NCBI GenBank assembly: GCA_963847705.1
Contig: CAWKBC010000008.1
Span: 71,593-135,592 of the forward strand
Length of the DNA: 64,000 nucleotides
Direction: 5' to 3'
Origin: an uncultured Pseudomonadota bacterium
GTDB taxonomy: Bacteria > Myxococcota_A > Polyangia > Fen-1088
The notes below the pieces were generated by a model that saw nothing but the letters and a program-made list of their open reading frames with translations, was not told the DNA's origin and did no database searches. A program made the translations under genes and the position numbers. Shown one piece after another: positions 38,729 to 48,341 of the stretch. Within the stretch, counting starts at the first letter, position 1. Every line of letters starts with the position of its first letter.

Positions 38729-40357
38729 CTACCGGCACCAGACCGCCACGTCAGCGCCCTGGGAGGTGAACAGGCGATCGCCCGAGGGGTTGGAGATCGC
38801 GCTCGGCTGGGTCCCCGGCGTGGCCCCGAACTGGCGCAGCAAGGCGCCGGTGGCGGTCGCCGTCACGGTGAGCGCGTCGTAATTCGTGGCGTGATCGTGG
38901 ATGATGTGCATCGAGGAGACGCTCACCGTGCCGTCGCTGGAGGTCACGCTCTGGCCCTCGCCGGCAGGTCCGGGCGTCCCCAGCGACGCCAGCGCCGGGG
39001 CGCTGGTGAGGTCGGCCGGCGGCCCACAGAGCTGCGCGTCGTCGGACTCCCGCCAGAAGTGAAACAGCGCAGTCGAATCGCCGCTGCCAGCGGCGAAGCG
39101 TCCGTCCCCGGACCAGGTCGCAGCGGTCAGCGGATAGCTGGAGGTCTTGACGATCGCGCCCGTGGCCGGGTTCCACCAGGAGGTCGTCCCCGACGCCGAG
39201 CCGACCAGCTCATTGCCGGGCGAGACGCCCAGGAAGGTCACGCCCGCGGGGACGGTGAACTGGCCGACGGAATGCAGGTCGGCGGCGCCGACGACGGCGA
39301 CGGTGGTGCCGGTCTCGGTGAAGAGTTGCGTTCCGTCGCGCGAAAAGCCGATCACCGTGCCGGCGAAGCTGGGGTCGGAGGCCAGCTGTGCCCCGCTGGT
39401 CGCGTCGAAGAGGACCAGGCCGGCGGCAAATCCCTGCGCACCCGCCTCGGCCGTCGTCGCCCGCGCCACGGTACGCCCGTCCGGGGAGATGGCGTAGCCG
39501 AGCAGGCCGCGGCTGTAGAAATTGAAGAGGACGACCGCGGTCCCGGTGGCGGGATCGCGCAGGTCGAGCCGGGTGCTGGTGGGCGAATTACCGATCTGAT
39601 AGTCGGTCTCGACCAAGAGCTTCGCGTCGCCGGCGGTGAAGCGGATCAGCGGGATTCCGCCCCCCGCGGCGGCGACCGGCAGCCAGCTGGCGGTCGTCCC
39701 GCTGCGGAGATCGATCATCATCGTCCCCAGCGAGGTCGCCAGCCGGCGGCCGTCCGAAGAGAACGCCAGCGCCGAGGCCGTCCCGTTGACGCCCGAAACG
39801 GCCGGTGCAGCGAAGCTGCGCTGGAACGTCCCGTCGTGTGCGCTCCAGAGCGTGACCTCGCCCGTCTCCGCCGACTCTGTCGCCAGCGTCGCGCCGTCGG
39901 GCGAAAAGGCGACCGCGTCGATCGCTCCCAGCGGCGCTCCGAGCTGCGCGATCTCGGTCCAGGTGTCGGTGGCGAGGAGTCGCAAGGTCCCCGCCCCGGT
40001 CCGCGCCGCCAGCCGGTCGCCGGTCGGCGAGAGCAGCGTCTGCCAGCCTGTTTCGGGGCCGAGCGTCTGGCAGCGGACGTAGCTCTGCCCGGCGGCGACC
40101 GGCCCGAGGACGATCGTGGAGCTCAAGCTCAGCGGCCCGCAGGCGGCGCCGGGCGCTCCCCCCTGGCCACCGCCGCCGGTTGCACCATCGGGTGCGCCTC
40201 CCGTGCCACCGATGCTGCCTGCGTCCGGGGGTGGGGCCGCGATTGGCCCGCCCTGGTCTCTGCCTGCGCGACCACGCAAGAGCTGCTCCACAAAACCGTC
40301 GTCACATCCCAGCCCCGCCATCACCAAGATCCCGAGAAGCAGGCAGGCCACGCGCAT
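38729..40357 (-). CDS. WD40/beta-propeller lipoprotein
   Basis: Lipobox GLGC; repeats AVAFSPDGATLAT, LAFSSDGRRLAT, AISPDGRTVA, FSRDGTQLF, WSGDGRFAA. Confidence 0.8.
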   Translation of the reverse strand: MRVACLLLGILVMAGLGCDDGFVEQLLRGRAGRDQGGPIAAPPPDAGSIGGTGGAPDGATGGGGQGGAPGAACGPLSLSSTIVLGPVAAGQSYVRCQTLGPETGWQTLLSPTGDRLAARTGAGTLRLLATDTWTEIAQLGAPLGAIDAVAFSPDGATLATESAETGEVTLWSAHDGTFQRSFAAPAVSGVNGTASALAFSSDGRRLATSLGTMMIDLRSGTTASWLPVAAAGGGIPLIRFTAGDAKLLVETDYQIGNSPTSTRLDLRDPATGTAVVLFNFYSRGLLGYAISPDGRTVARATTAEAGAQGFAAGLVLFDATSGAQLASDPSFAGTVIGFSRDGTQLFTETGTTVAVVGAADLHSVGQFTVPAGVTFLGVSPGNELVGSASGTTSWWNPATGAIVKTSSYPLTAATWSGDGRFAAGSGDSTALFHFWRESDDAQLCGPPADLTSAPALASLGTPGPAGEGQSVTSSDGTVSVSSMHIIHDHATNYDALTVTATATGALLRQFGATPGTQPSAISNPSGDRLFTSQGADVAVWCR

Positions 40358-40437
40358 TTCCGACCTCCAAACCAACGAAGAAAGTTCGTGGTTCAAGGTA
40401 AGGCGCTGGCGCAGGGCCACCAGAGCGCGCGGGCGGG

Positions 40438-41124
40438 TCAGCCGTCGGCGATGAAGACCATGATCAGGCTCCAGGCCGCCAGCGCCGGAACGAACAGCAG
40501 AAACTGAAGCGCGACCGGCAGCGCGTAGATGATCGAGACCATCGGGATCCAGAACAGCCAGTTGGGGACGATCAGCGGCACGACGCGCGACTGATAGAAG
40601 CCCGGTCCGATCGCCGGAAGCGTCGCGGCCAACGAGTAGCCACGCTGGCGCCAGAGGAACAGCAGCACGATCAGGATCGACCAGAGCGGCGAGAAGACAA
40701 ACTGATCGAAGGCGACCTTCTCGACCACCGTGCTGAGCTGGGCGGTGCCCCCGAACAGCCGCGCCTCGCCGCGGTAGAGCAGGTCAATCACCACGCCATC
40801 GAAGGCGAAGAAGGCGGTGTTGAAGAGAACCTCACCGCCGCGCCCCCGCAGCGTGCTGCGGCCGCGGTCAGCCGCCAGCTTGGCGATCTCGGGGAGAAGG
40901 CCACCCGCAAGCGCGCTGATGGCCGCCGAGAGCAGCAGCCCTCCCGCCGTCTTCCAGGCGGCGGCCAGCGCGCAGGCCTCCCGGAACGGGACGCTGACCC
41001 GATAGGCGATCGCCAGCAGGGCCGCGCCCGCCTGGATGAGCAAGAAGGGCCGCCAGAACCGCCGCAGCGCCGCGGCCCCGGCGGCCAGGGGGGATGCGGC
41101 CGCCTCGTTTTCGATCGCCGTCAT
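40438..41124 (-). CDS. Mpv17/PMP22-family membrane protein
   Basis: KVAFDQFVFSPLW and NWLFWIPMVSIIYALPVALQF motifs; several TM helices. Confidence 0.75.
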   Translation of the reverse strand: MTAIENEAAASPLAAGAAALRRFWRPFLLIQAGAALLAIAYRVSVPFREACALAAAWKTAGGLLLSAAISALAGGLLPEIAKLAADRGRSTLRGRGGEVLFNTAFFAFDGVVIDLLYRGEARLFGGTAQLSTVVEKVAFDQFVFSPLWSILIVLLFLWRQRGYSLAATLPAIGPGFYQSRVVPLIVPNWLFWIPMVSIIYALPVALQFLLFVPALAAWSLIMVFIADG

Positions 41125-41243
41125 TTCGTGGTGCCCAATCTATCAGCGCGGGCGAGATCGGCCGCAGTGAACGTCACTCTTCGTCGGGCAACCTCGAGCG
41201 AACGGGAAGAATCTGACCTCGACGGGCGTTATGAGGGGGGAAA

Positions 41244-41450
41244 ATGCGAATCTCGTTCTCCAACCGGGTGGCCGCCCGCGCCGCCGCCAGCCTCTTCGAG
41301 CAGTACGGCTTCTCGGCCAAGCAGATCGACACCGAGGTGCTGACCGACTGTCCGACGCTGCTGGCCGCTCCGGCCATCGAGCGAAGCATCGGGCTCGAGC
41401 TGGTCGAGCGGATCGACCTCTCGGGGCGCCCCTTCAACCGCCGCGGCTGA
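41244..41450 (+). CDS. Small hypothetical protein (68 aa)
   Basis: GAGGGGGG before the ATG, GC3-biased codons, fills the gap between flanking genes. Confidence 0.6.
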   Translation: MRISFSNRVAARAAASLFEQYGFSAKQIDTEVLTDCPTLLAAPAIERSIGLELVERIDLSGRPFNRRG

Positions 41451-41456
41451 GCATCG

Positions 41457-41933
41457 TCACTGCGGCGGGCGCTGCAGAATCTGCCATTCGCCCGGCGGGC
41501 CGGTCGGATCCCCGGGCGGGACCGACGGCGAGATCTCCACCTCGACCTTGGTCGTGTCGATGGTGCTCAGCTCTTCCGTCGCGCAGATCCGTGCCGCGCG
41601 GGCCAGCTCTCCCGAGCGCTCGACCAGAAGCCGCAGCCGGCGCGCGGCGTAGTCGTCCTCGCTCGCGTCGCCTCGCGCCTGACCCTCATCCAGGCGTGCC
41701 AGCTCGGCCGCTGCGATTTGCAGTCCGGCGCGCGCTTCGGCTAGCTTCTCGTCGACACAGCCTCCGTCGAGGCCGATCGCAGGCGTCTTCGCCCGAATCC
41801 GCTCGATCTGTTGAATGCCTGCCACCAAGGTTCTCACCTGCACACGCGCGTCGATTCGCGGATCGGGCCGCGGCGCCGTGGGTCGCGCGGCGACCGCGCA
41901 AAGCGACGACATCAAGGCGATGATCAGCCACAT
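41457..41933 (-). CDS. Hypothetical secreted helical protein
   Basis: Signal-like N-terminus (MWLIIALMSSLCAVAA), helical body with a Cys pair (GCVDEKL...ARIC). Confidence 0.55.
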   Translation of the reverse strand: MWLIIALMSSLCAVAARPTAPRPDPRIDARVQVRTLVAGIQQIERIRAKTPAIGLDGGCVDEKLAEARAGLQIAAAELARLDEGQARGDASEDDYAARRLRLLVERSGELARAARICATEELSTIDTTKVEVEISPSVPPGDPTGPPGEWQILQRPPQ

Positions 41934-41952
41934 CCCACACCCGCCATCCCGG

Positions 41953-43083
41953 ATGGAAATTTGCTCACGCCGCGCCCCAGCCGCAACGGGTCGCCTGCGG
42001 GAATGGCGTACGATCTTCTGGTTTGCGCTGGCGCTCGCCGTGGCTGGGTGCGGTGCGGCAACCTACCGTGAGGTGCGGCCGAGCGAGCCCCTCGGGGCCG
42101 CCGCCGGAGGCCTCCGCGTCGAGGTCCAGCGCGTCTTGCTGACCGACGACACGATCGAAAACGGCGTGGCCGAGGGAATGGGCCTGGTCGTCGAGCTGGC
42201 CCTCACCAACGGCGCCGCTCGTCCCTACACCCTCAAGCCGACGGCCCTCTGGTGCCTGATGGAGATCGACCCGCGCAAGCCGACCGAGACGCGCCTCCTG
42301 CCGCCATCGGTGAACGGTGACGGCGCCTTTCCCGGCGCGCCGCCCGAAGGGGCCGATCTCGGCCCGATCGAGGTCGCGCCGGGACAGAGGCGATCATTCT
42401 GGGTCCTCTTCCGCGGCTACCAGTTCGCCGGGAGCGAGCTCCCGCGGCGGATCACGCTGACCATGCCCGACACCGAGGGGCGCGCGCTGGAGCTGGCGCT
42501 GGCCGAACCGGCGCGCGGTGCTCTGCGCTGGGAGGTGCCACCGACCCGCGGCGCCTGGTTTCTGGGGGTGCGGAGCGGCTCGCTCTACGGCGGCTATGCC
42601 CAGGCCACCTCCATCTCGACCCAGATCGCGCGCCTCTCGCGCGCGGGGCGCTTTCTCTGGGACGTCGGGTATGTCTCGTCGGTCCTGGTGCAGGTCAAGG
42701 GGGAGCTCCGCTCGTCGAGCTCGTCGTTCACCGGCACCGGGCTCGACGCCCACCTGACGCTGCCGCTCTCCTCCTGGGGCGATCCGAAACAGCCCATCCG
42801 GCTCGGCCCCTACCTGGGGGGCCAGATGCAGCTGCTGATCGCCATGCAGCCGACGCCCAGCAGCGCCAACCCACAGACGCCACCCGTCTATGGCGACGGG
42901 GTCCTCGAGGCCGGGTTCGAGCTCGACGTCGGTGCGTTGCGGAACGCCGCCACGCCGTTCCCGCTGTCGGCGACCGGGCGCAACCCGCTGCCGCGGTGGC
43001 TCTTGCGGGTCGGCTACGCCCACGACTGGATCGGCCACGGAACGGCCGACGGGTACGTCACCAACGTCCGCCTGAGCTGGTGA
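41953..43083 (+). CDS. Hypothetical lipoprotein with possible C-terminal beta-barrel
   Basis: Lipobox LAVAGC; C-terminal beta-strand pattern ending NVRLSW; start uncertain. Confidence 0.6.
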   Translation: MEICSRRAPAATGRLREWRTIFWFALALAVAGCGAATYREVRPSEPLGAAAGGLRVEVQRVLLTDDTIENGVAEGMGLVVELALTNGAARPYTLKPTALWCLMEIDPRKPTETRLLPPSVNGDGAFPGAPPEGADLGPIEVAPGQRRSFWVLFRGYQFAGSELPRRITLTMPDTEGRALELALAEPARGALRWEVPPTRGAWFLGVRSGSLYGGYAQATSISTQIARLSRAGRFLWDVGYVSSVLVQVKGELRSSSSSFTGTGLDAHLTLPLSSWGDPKQPIRLGPYLGGQMQLLIAMQPTPSSANPQTPPVYGDGVLEAGFELDVGALRNAATPFPLSATGRNPLPRWLLRVGYAHDWIGHGTADGYVTNVRLSW

Positions 43084-43141
43084 CGACGCGACGGCAGAGC
43101 GCGGCTCTGTTCTCGGTCATTGCCCCGGCTACTTTGCCTGG

Positions 43142-44161
43142 CTACTTGCCGGCACCCTTTTCCAGGTGGCCGCCGAACCCGTAGCGCATCGCCGAGAGGA
43201 TCCGGTTCTGAAACTCGGCCTCGCCGCGCGAGCTGAACCGCTCGAACAGTGACGCCGCCAGCACGTGCGCCGGGACCCCTTCGTCGATGGCCGCGTCGAG
43301 CGTCCAGCGCCCCTCGCCGGAGTCCGAGACGCGGCCGGCGAAGTTCGCCAGCTGGGGATCGCCCGCGAACGCCGCGGCGGTCAGATCCAGCAGCCAGGAG
43401 GAGATCACGCTCCCCCGCCGCCAGACCTCCGTCACGTCGTCCAGCGGGAAGTCGTACTGGTAGTACTCGGCCCCGCGCAGCGGCGTCGTCTCGGCGTCGG
43501 CCTTCTCCGTGCGACGGCCGACATCGGCGTGCTTGAGGATGTTGAGCCCCTCGGCGTAGGCCGCCATCAGGCCGTACTCGATCCCGTTGTGCACCATCTT
43601 CACGAAGTGGCCGGCGCCGGAGGGACCGCAGTGCAGGTAACCCTGCTCGGCGGTTCCCGCGCGCCCCTCCCGCCCCGGCGTCGGCGACACATTCCCGCGG
43701 CCGGGGGCCAGCGTGGCGAAGATCGGATCGAGCCGGCGCACCACCTCGGGCTCGCCGCCGATCATCAGGCAGTAGCCGCGCTCGAGACCGAAGACGCCGC
43801 CGCTGGTGCCGCAGTCGACGTAGTGAATCCCGGCGCCGGCGAGCCGCTTGCCGCGATCGACGTCGTCCCGATAGAACGAGTTCCCGCCGTCGATCACCAC
43901 GTCGTCCTTCCCGAGCAGCGGCGTCAGGTCGGCCAGCGTCGCGTCGACCACGCCAGCCGGCACCATCATCCAGATGGCGCGCGGGGGGGCCAGCTTGGCG
44001 ACGAGCTCCGCGAGCGACAGCCCCGGCTCGGCGCCCTCCTTGGCGAGCGCGCGCGTCGCCTCGGCGGAGACGTCGTGGACCACGCAGCCGTGGCCTCCGC
44101 GCATGAGCCGCCTCACCATGTTCGCGCCCATTCGCCCAAGTCCGATCATTCCCAGCTGCAT
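43142..44161 (-). CDS. gnd: 6-phosphogluconate dehydrogenase, decarboxylating (short YqeC/GntZ-like type)
   Basis: [60 protein letters not shown]; AGGAGG ribosome site. Confidence 0.93.
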   Translation of the reverse strand: MQLGMIGLGRMGANMVRRLMRGGHGCVVHDVSAEATRALAKEGAEPGLSLAELVAKLAPPRAIWMMVPAGVVDATLADLTPLLGKDDVVIDGGNSFYRDDVDRGKRLAGAGIHYVDCGTSGGVFGLERGYCLMIGGEPEVVRRLDPIFATLAPGRGNVSPTPGREGRAGTAEQGYLHCGPSGAGHFVKMVHNGIEYGLMAAYAEGLNILKHADVGRRTEKADAETTPLRGAEYYQYDFPLDDVTEVWRRGSVISSWLLDLTAAAFAGDPQLANFAGRVSDSGEGRWTLDAAIDEGVPAHVLAASLFERFSSRGEAEFQNRILSAMRYGFGGHLEKGAGK

Positions 44162-44228
44162 CGCTTCGTCCTCCTGGGTCGAAATGTATAGCCCAAGAAC
44201 GATCGCCGCTGCGCTACGGTATTGCGCG

Positions 44229-46175
44229 ATGACCGCAGAGGCCCCCCTCCGCAATCTGGACGACGGCAATCAGGACGACGACAGACCCGGCGCCCGGACG
44301 CGCGCGCTCCTCGGGCTCATCGTCATCGGCGCCTCGGTGGCGCTGGCGCTGGGCCAGCTCGCCGTCCCCGACCTCGCCGGATTCGTCACCCAGAATCTCC
44401 TCCCTGCCCCGCGGCGGAAGCTGCTGCTGGGCCTCCTGCCGGCAAGCGTCCTGCTGATGGCCGCCGTCACCGCCTGGCTCTGGCGGCGCGCGCCGCCCGG
44501 CCTGGCGACCGCGCGGCTCGATCGCCTGGCGCGCCTCGCTGCGCCGCTGGCGCTGGCGGCGGTCGTACCCGGCCTGTTCGCGCTCAATCCCTGGTCCGAA
44601 ACCCTGGTGCTGGCGAGCAGCCTGGGGGTCTTCGTCCTGGCGATCGAGCCGCTCTGGCGGCTGCACTTCGGCGTCTACCGCCCCGCGGCGCTCCTCGACA
44701 GCGCCGGTGCCGCCCGCGCGGAGGCCAGACGCCGGCGCTGGTGCGCGGTCGTCGTCGGCGTCGCGGTGGCGGGCTACATCGCCTACATGATCTTCTTCAC
44801 CCTGCGCGAGCACGCCAGGTTCAACACCTACAACTGGGACCTCGGCCAGCTCGACAACGAGTTCTACAACGCGCTCCACGGCCGGCCGTTCCGCTGCACG
44901 CCGCTCTTCCGCGAGCCGAACAACTGGGCCGAGCTCCGCGATCACGCGACGTTCTCGGTCTACGCCCTGCTGCCGCTCTACGCGCTCCACCCGGCCGCCA
45001 GCACCCTGCTGGTGCTGCAGTGCCTGCTGCTCGGCCTGGGCGCGATCCCCCTCTACCGCTTCGCGGCGCGGCGGCTCTCGCCGGAGCTGGCGGTGCTGGT
45101 GACGCTCTCGTACCTGGTCTATCCGCCGATGCACGGCGCGCAGTTCTTCGATTTTCATTTTCAGCCGGTCGCCGCCGCCTTCATCCTGGCGGCGATCGAT
45201 GCCTTCGACGCCAGGCGGATGCGGCTCTTCTGGGTCTTCTTCGTCATCGCGCTGGGGTGCCGCGAGGACGTGTCGATCGGGTTCGCCATCCTGGGCATCT
45301 TTCTCGTCCTGGCCGGCCGCCGCGCGCGGGAGGGCGCGCTCGTCGCCGCGATCTCGGCCGCCTACTTCGTGGCGATGCGCTTCTTCATCATGCCGGCGGT
45401 CGGCGCCTGGGGCTTCTCCGACATCTACAAGGACCTGATCCCGGCCGGCGAAGGGGGGTTCGGCGCGGTCGTCAAGACGCTGGTGACCAACCCCCTCTAC
45501 ACGCTCCGCACCCTGCTGACGCCCGAGAAGCTGAGATACGCGCTGCAAATCGTGGCCCCGGTGGCCTTCCTGCCGCTGCGGCGACGTTGGCTGGCCGTCT
45601 GGTTGCTTCCGGCCGCGATCCTCACCCTGCTCACCACCGGCTATGGACCAACGCTCGACATCGGGTATCAGTATGGGGCTGACTTCGTCCCCTATGTCTT
45701 CCCGGCGGTGGCGCTGGCGCTGGCCATGCTCGGAGCCAACCAGGAGAGGGATACGGGGACCGCGCGGCGTCGCGCGGCGGCCGCGACGATGGTGCTCGCC
45801 TCGCTCATCGCCACCGCGGCCTGGGGCGCCTTCCCGCCCCGCCGCGTGTTCCATTCGAGCTACGGCGTGATCAGCTTCGCCCCCCCCACCGCGCAGGAGC
45901 GCCGCCGGTTGAAGGCGCTGGAAGAAGCGATGCGCCTCGTTCCCAAGAAGGCGATCCTGGCCGCCAGCGATCGCGAGCTCTCTCACGTCTCCAACCGGAT
46001 CGAGTGCTGGAACCTGGCGGTCGGGACCGAGGGCGCCGACTACGCTCTCTACACCAAGATCGATCCCATCCCGCCCGATCGCCTGGAGGTCTCGAAGGCG
46101 CAGGCCGCGGGCTGGGTCACCGTCTACGACAGCCCGGAGATCGGCCTGCTCAGGCGCCCCGGGCTGCGGCCCTGA
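44229..46175 (+). CDS. DUF2079-like multi-pass membrane protein (GT-C-like)
   Basis: [23 protein letters not shown] motifs; many TM helices. Confidence 0.75.
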   Translation: MTAEAPLRNLDDGNQDDDRPGARTRALLGLIVIGASVALALGQLAVPDLAGFVTQNLLPAPRRKLLLGLLPASVLLMAAVTAWLWRRAPPGLATARLDRLARLAAPLALAAVVPGLFALNPWSETLVLASSLGVFVLAIEPLWRLHFGVYRPAALLDSAGAARAEARRRRWCAVVVGVAVAGYIAYMIFFTLREHARFNTYNWDLGQLDNEFYNALHGRPFRCTPLFREPNNWAELRDHATFSVYALLPLYALHPAASTLLVLQCLLLGLGAIPLYRFAARRLSPELAVLVTLSYLVYPPMHGAQFFDFHFQPVAAAFILAAIDAFDARRMRLFWVFFVIALGCREDVSIGFAILGIFLVLAGRRAREGALVAAISAAYFVAMRFFIMPAVGAWGFSDIYKDLIPAGEGGFGAVVKTLVTNPLYTLRTLLTPEKLRYALQIVAPVAFLPLRRRWLAVWLLPAAILTLLTTGYGPTLDIGYQYGADFVPYVFPAVALALAMLGANQERDTGTARRRAAAATMVLASLIATAAWGAFPPRRVFHSSYGVISFAPPTAQERRRLKALEEAMRLVPKKAILAASDRELSHVSNRIECWNLAVGTEGADYALYTKIDPIPPDRLEVSKAQAAGWVTVYDSPEIGLLRRPGLRP

Positions 46176-46178
46176 CGC

Positions 46179-46886
46179 TCAGAAGTTCACGAGCTGCAAC
46201 GCCTCCGACCAGACGTAGTCATTCGCCGCCGCCTTGATGTGGCAGGTGTTGCAAACGGCAGGATTGCCGCCGTAAATGTTCGCCGATCCCGTCGGCGGAC
46301 CGTAACCCTGCCAGTTGATCACGACGCTGCCGTCGGCGTTGTTCGTCAGATCGTACCACTCCCAGTTGACGGCCCCGGTCGGGTTGAAGTCACCGCCGCG
46401 CTTGACCAGCGCCAAGACCTGCCGCGCGGTGGGATCGACCTCTTCGGTCTCTTTCACGATGATGGTGCCCAGCGGAAACGCCGTGCTCCCGTGGGGCGGC
46501 GATCTGTTCCAATACTCGGCCAGCGGCGCGGGGTGAACGCCGCCGTCGGTGACCGCCCCGTCGGGCGCCACCCCGCCGGCGTCGACCGACGGCAGGTTGG
46601 GCGACGGCACCGCCGGCGACGCCATGTGGGGCCAATTGTGGAAGCCGTTGAAGTCCGACTCGAAGGCCAGGAAGATCCCGCCGTCGGTCGCAGCCGCGGA
46701 AGGTGCGGCGGTGCAGCCGGCGGCAGCCCCACCGAGCGCGAGCGCGAGCGACGCGCGCCCGATCGCGGACAACTTGAACGAAGCCAACGTCCTGGAGTTT
46801 ACCGCAGAGTTCGACCTCCGCGGCCCCCTCGTAACCGATGCGTCAGAAACTGAAGCCGACAATCGTCCGGGCCCAGACTGCCCCAT
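46179..46886 (-). CDS. Cytochrome P460-family lipoprotein (paralog 2); start uncertain
   Basis: Lipobox AAAGC; FPLGTIIVKE, LVKRGG, WEWYDL, C-terminal CNTCH heme site, DYVW. Confidence 0.72.
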   Translation of the reverse strand: MGQSGPGRLSASVSDASVTRGPRRSNSAVNSRTLASFKLSAIGRASLALALGGAAAGCTAAPSAAATDGGIFLAFESDFNGFHNWPHMASPAVPSPNLPSVDAGGVAPDGAVTDGGVHPAPLAEYWNRSPPHGSTAFPLGTIIVKETEEVDPTARQVLALVKRGGDFNPTGAVNWEWYDLTNNADGSVVINWQGYGPPTGSANIYGGNPAVCNTCHIKAAANDYVWSEALQLVNF

Positions 46887-47658
46887 AGGCGTCGCTGGTC
46901 CCGTAGGCCGGGGTCGTGAGGCCATTGAGCCGGAAGTAGAAACCGTTCGACCACCAGATCCTGCCGAGCTGCAGGAGGACGGTGGGGCCGAGGTAGTGCT
47001 GGGGGACCAGGTTCCAGCTGCCCTGGTCGTTGAGCTCGCCGTGCATCCAGTACTCGATGCCCGGCTGCGCGGTGATCCACTTTTCGAGCACGACGCCGGC
47101 GGTCGGATTCAAGACCCACTCGCGCTGGCCGCTGAAGTAGTACTCCCGCTCCGCCCAGGCGTTGGCCGCGATCCGAAACGGTCCCACGCGCCGCTGGAGG
47201 ATGATCTTTCCTTCCAGCTCGATCTCGTGGACGTTCTCGACCACCTCGCCGTAGACGGCCAGGTCGATCGGCCAGCGTCCCGCATCTGCGAACCGGTAGC
47301 GCAACCGCTGCTTGACCCCCGTCCCCTCCATCGTGCTCGGCGTTGGAGCGAATCCCCCTGAGTCGGTGGGGACGAGCACGAGGTAGAGGCCGAGCTCCAG
47401 CCGATCGGTGAGCCCGTATTCGATCTCCGCCTGGAATTGCGGCACCAGATAAGGCGTTTTCGCGCCATTGACGGTCTCGAGGTGCAGCGGCGTCAGGTCG
47501 GTGTAGAGCTCCAGCTCGGCGTCACCCGCCGGCAGCGTCTCGTAGATGTACGTGAAGGGGAGCGGGGCTGGCGTGGCGCGCGCGGGACGGCCGAGCGCGC
47601 CGGACAGAGCGAGGGCGACGAGCGCCGGGAGCGCGGCGCGAAAGGGCGTGCGGATCAT
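46843..47658 (-). CDS. Probable outer-membrane beta-barrel protein (DUF6662-like, from memory)
   Basis: Signal peptide; YETLPAGDAELE, EIEYGLTDRLELGLY, ELEGKIILQ; C-terminal IVGFSF beta-signal. Confidence 0.7.
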   Translation of the reverse strand: MIRTPFRAALPALVALALSGALGRPARATPAPLPFTYIYETLPAGDAELELYTDLTPLHLETVNGAKTPYLVPQFQAEIEYGLTDRLELGLYLVLVPTDSGGFAPTPSTMEGTGVKQRLRYRFADAGRWPIDLAVYGEVVENVHEIELEGKIILQRRVGPFRIAANAWAEREYYFSGQREWVLNPTAGVVLEKWITAQPGIEYWMHGELNDQGSWNLVPQHYLGPTVLLQLGRIWWSNGFYFRLNGLTTPAYGTSDAYGAVWARTIVGFSF

Positions 47659-47677
47659 CGGGGTCCTTTTGCGCCTG

Positions 47678-48334
47678 TCACGGCGCGGATTCGAGGGCGG
47701 AGAGCTGCAAAGCCGCCGACCAGACAAAGTCATTGGGTGCGGCCTTGCCGTGGCAGTCGTTGCAGACGTTCGGGTTGCCGCCGTAGATGTCCATCGTCGG
47801 GTTCGTGGGGCCGTAGCCCCGCCAGTTTATCGACTCGACGTCATTGGCTTTGTTGACGAGCTCGAAGAACTCCCAGTTGAGGGCGCCGCTGGCGTTGAAG
47901 CCGCCGCCCCGCTTGACCATGGCAAAGACCTGTCGCGCAGTCGGATCGGCCTCGTTGGTCTCCTTGACGATGATCGAGCCGATCGGAAAGGTCGTGCTGC
48001 CCGGGGTGATCGGAGGCAACTGCCAGTATTCGGTCTCCGGCAGCGGATGAACGCCGCCGTCGCCCGCGCCTCCGTCGGGGCCGACCCCGCCCGCATCGAC
48101 GGGCGGCAAGCTTGGGGAAGGCATCGCCGCCGCCGACGGCCAGGAATGAAATCCGTTGAAGGTCGAGTCGAAGGCCACGAAGATCCCGCCGTCGTTTCCC
48201 GCCGTCGATGGCGCAACGCTACAGCCGGCAGCCGCGCCGAGCGCGAATGCCAGCGACGCGCCGAGCGCGAGCGATCTGCCAGGCGCCAGCGAGGCGCGAC
48301 GACCTACGGACAGCCAGGGATGACGGGATCTCAT
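47678..48334 (-). CDS. Cytochrome P460-family lipoprotein (paralog 1)
   Basis: Lipobox AAAGC; FPIGSIIVKE, AMVKRGG, WEFFEL, C-terminal CNDCH heme site, DFVW. Confidence 0.75.
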   Translation of the reverse strand: MRSRHPWLSVGRRASLAPGRSLALGASLAFALGAAAGCSVAPSTAGNDGGIFVAFDSTFNGFHSWPSAAAMPSPSLPPVDAGGVGPDGGAGDGGVHPLPETEYWQLPPITPGSTTFPIGSIIVKETNEADPTARQVFAMVKRGGGFNASGALNWEFFELVNKANDVESINWRGYGPTNPTMDIYGGNPNVCNDCHGKAAPNDFVWSAALQLSALESAP

Positions 48335-48341
48335 GTGTCGG

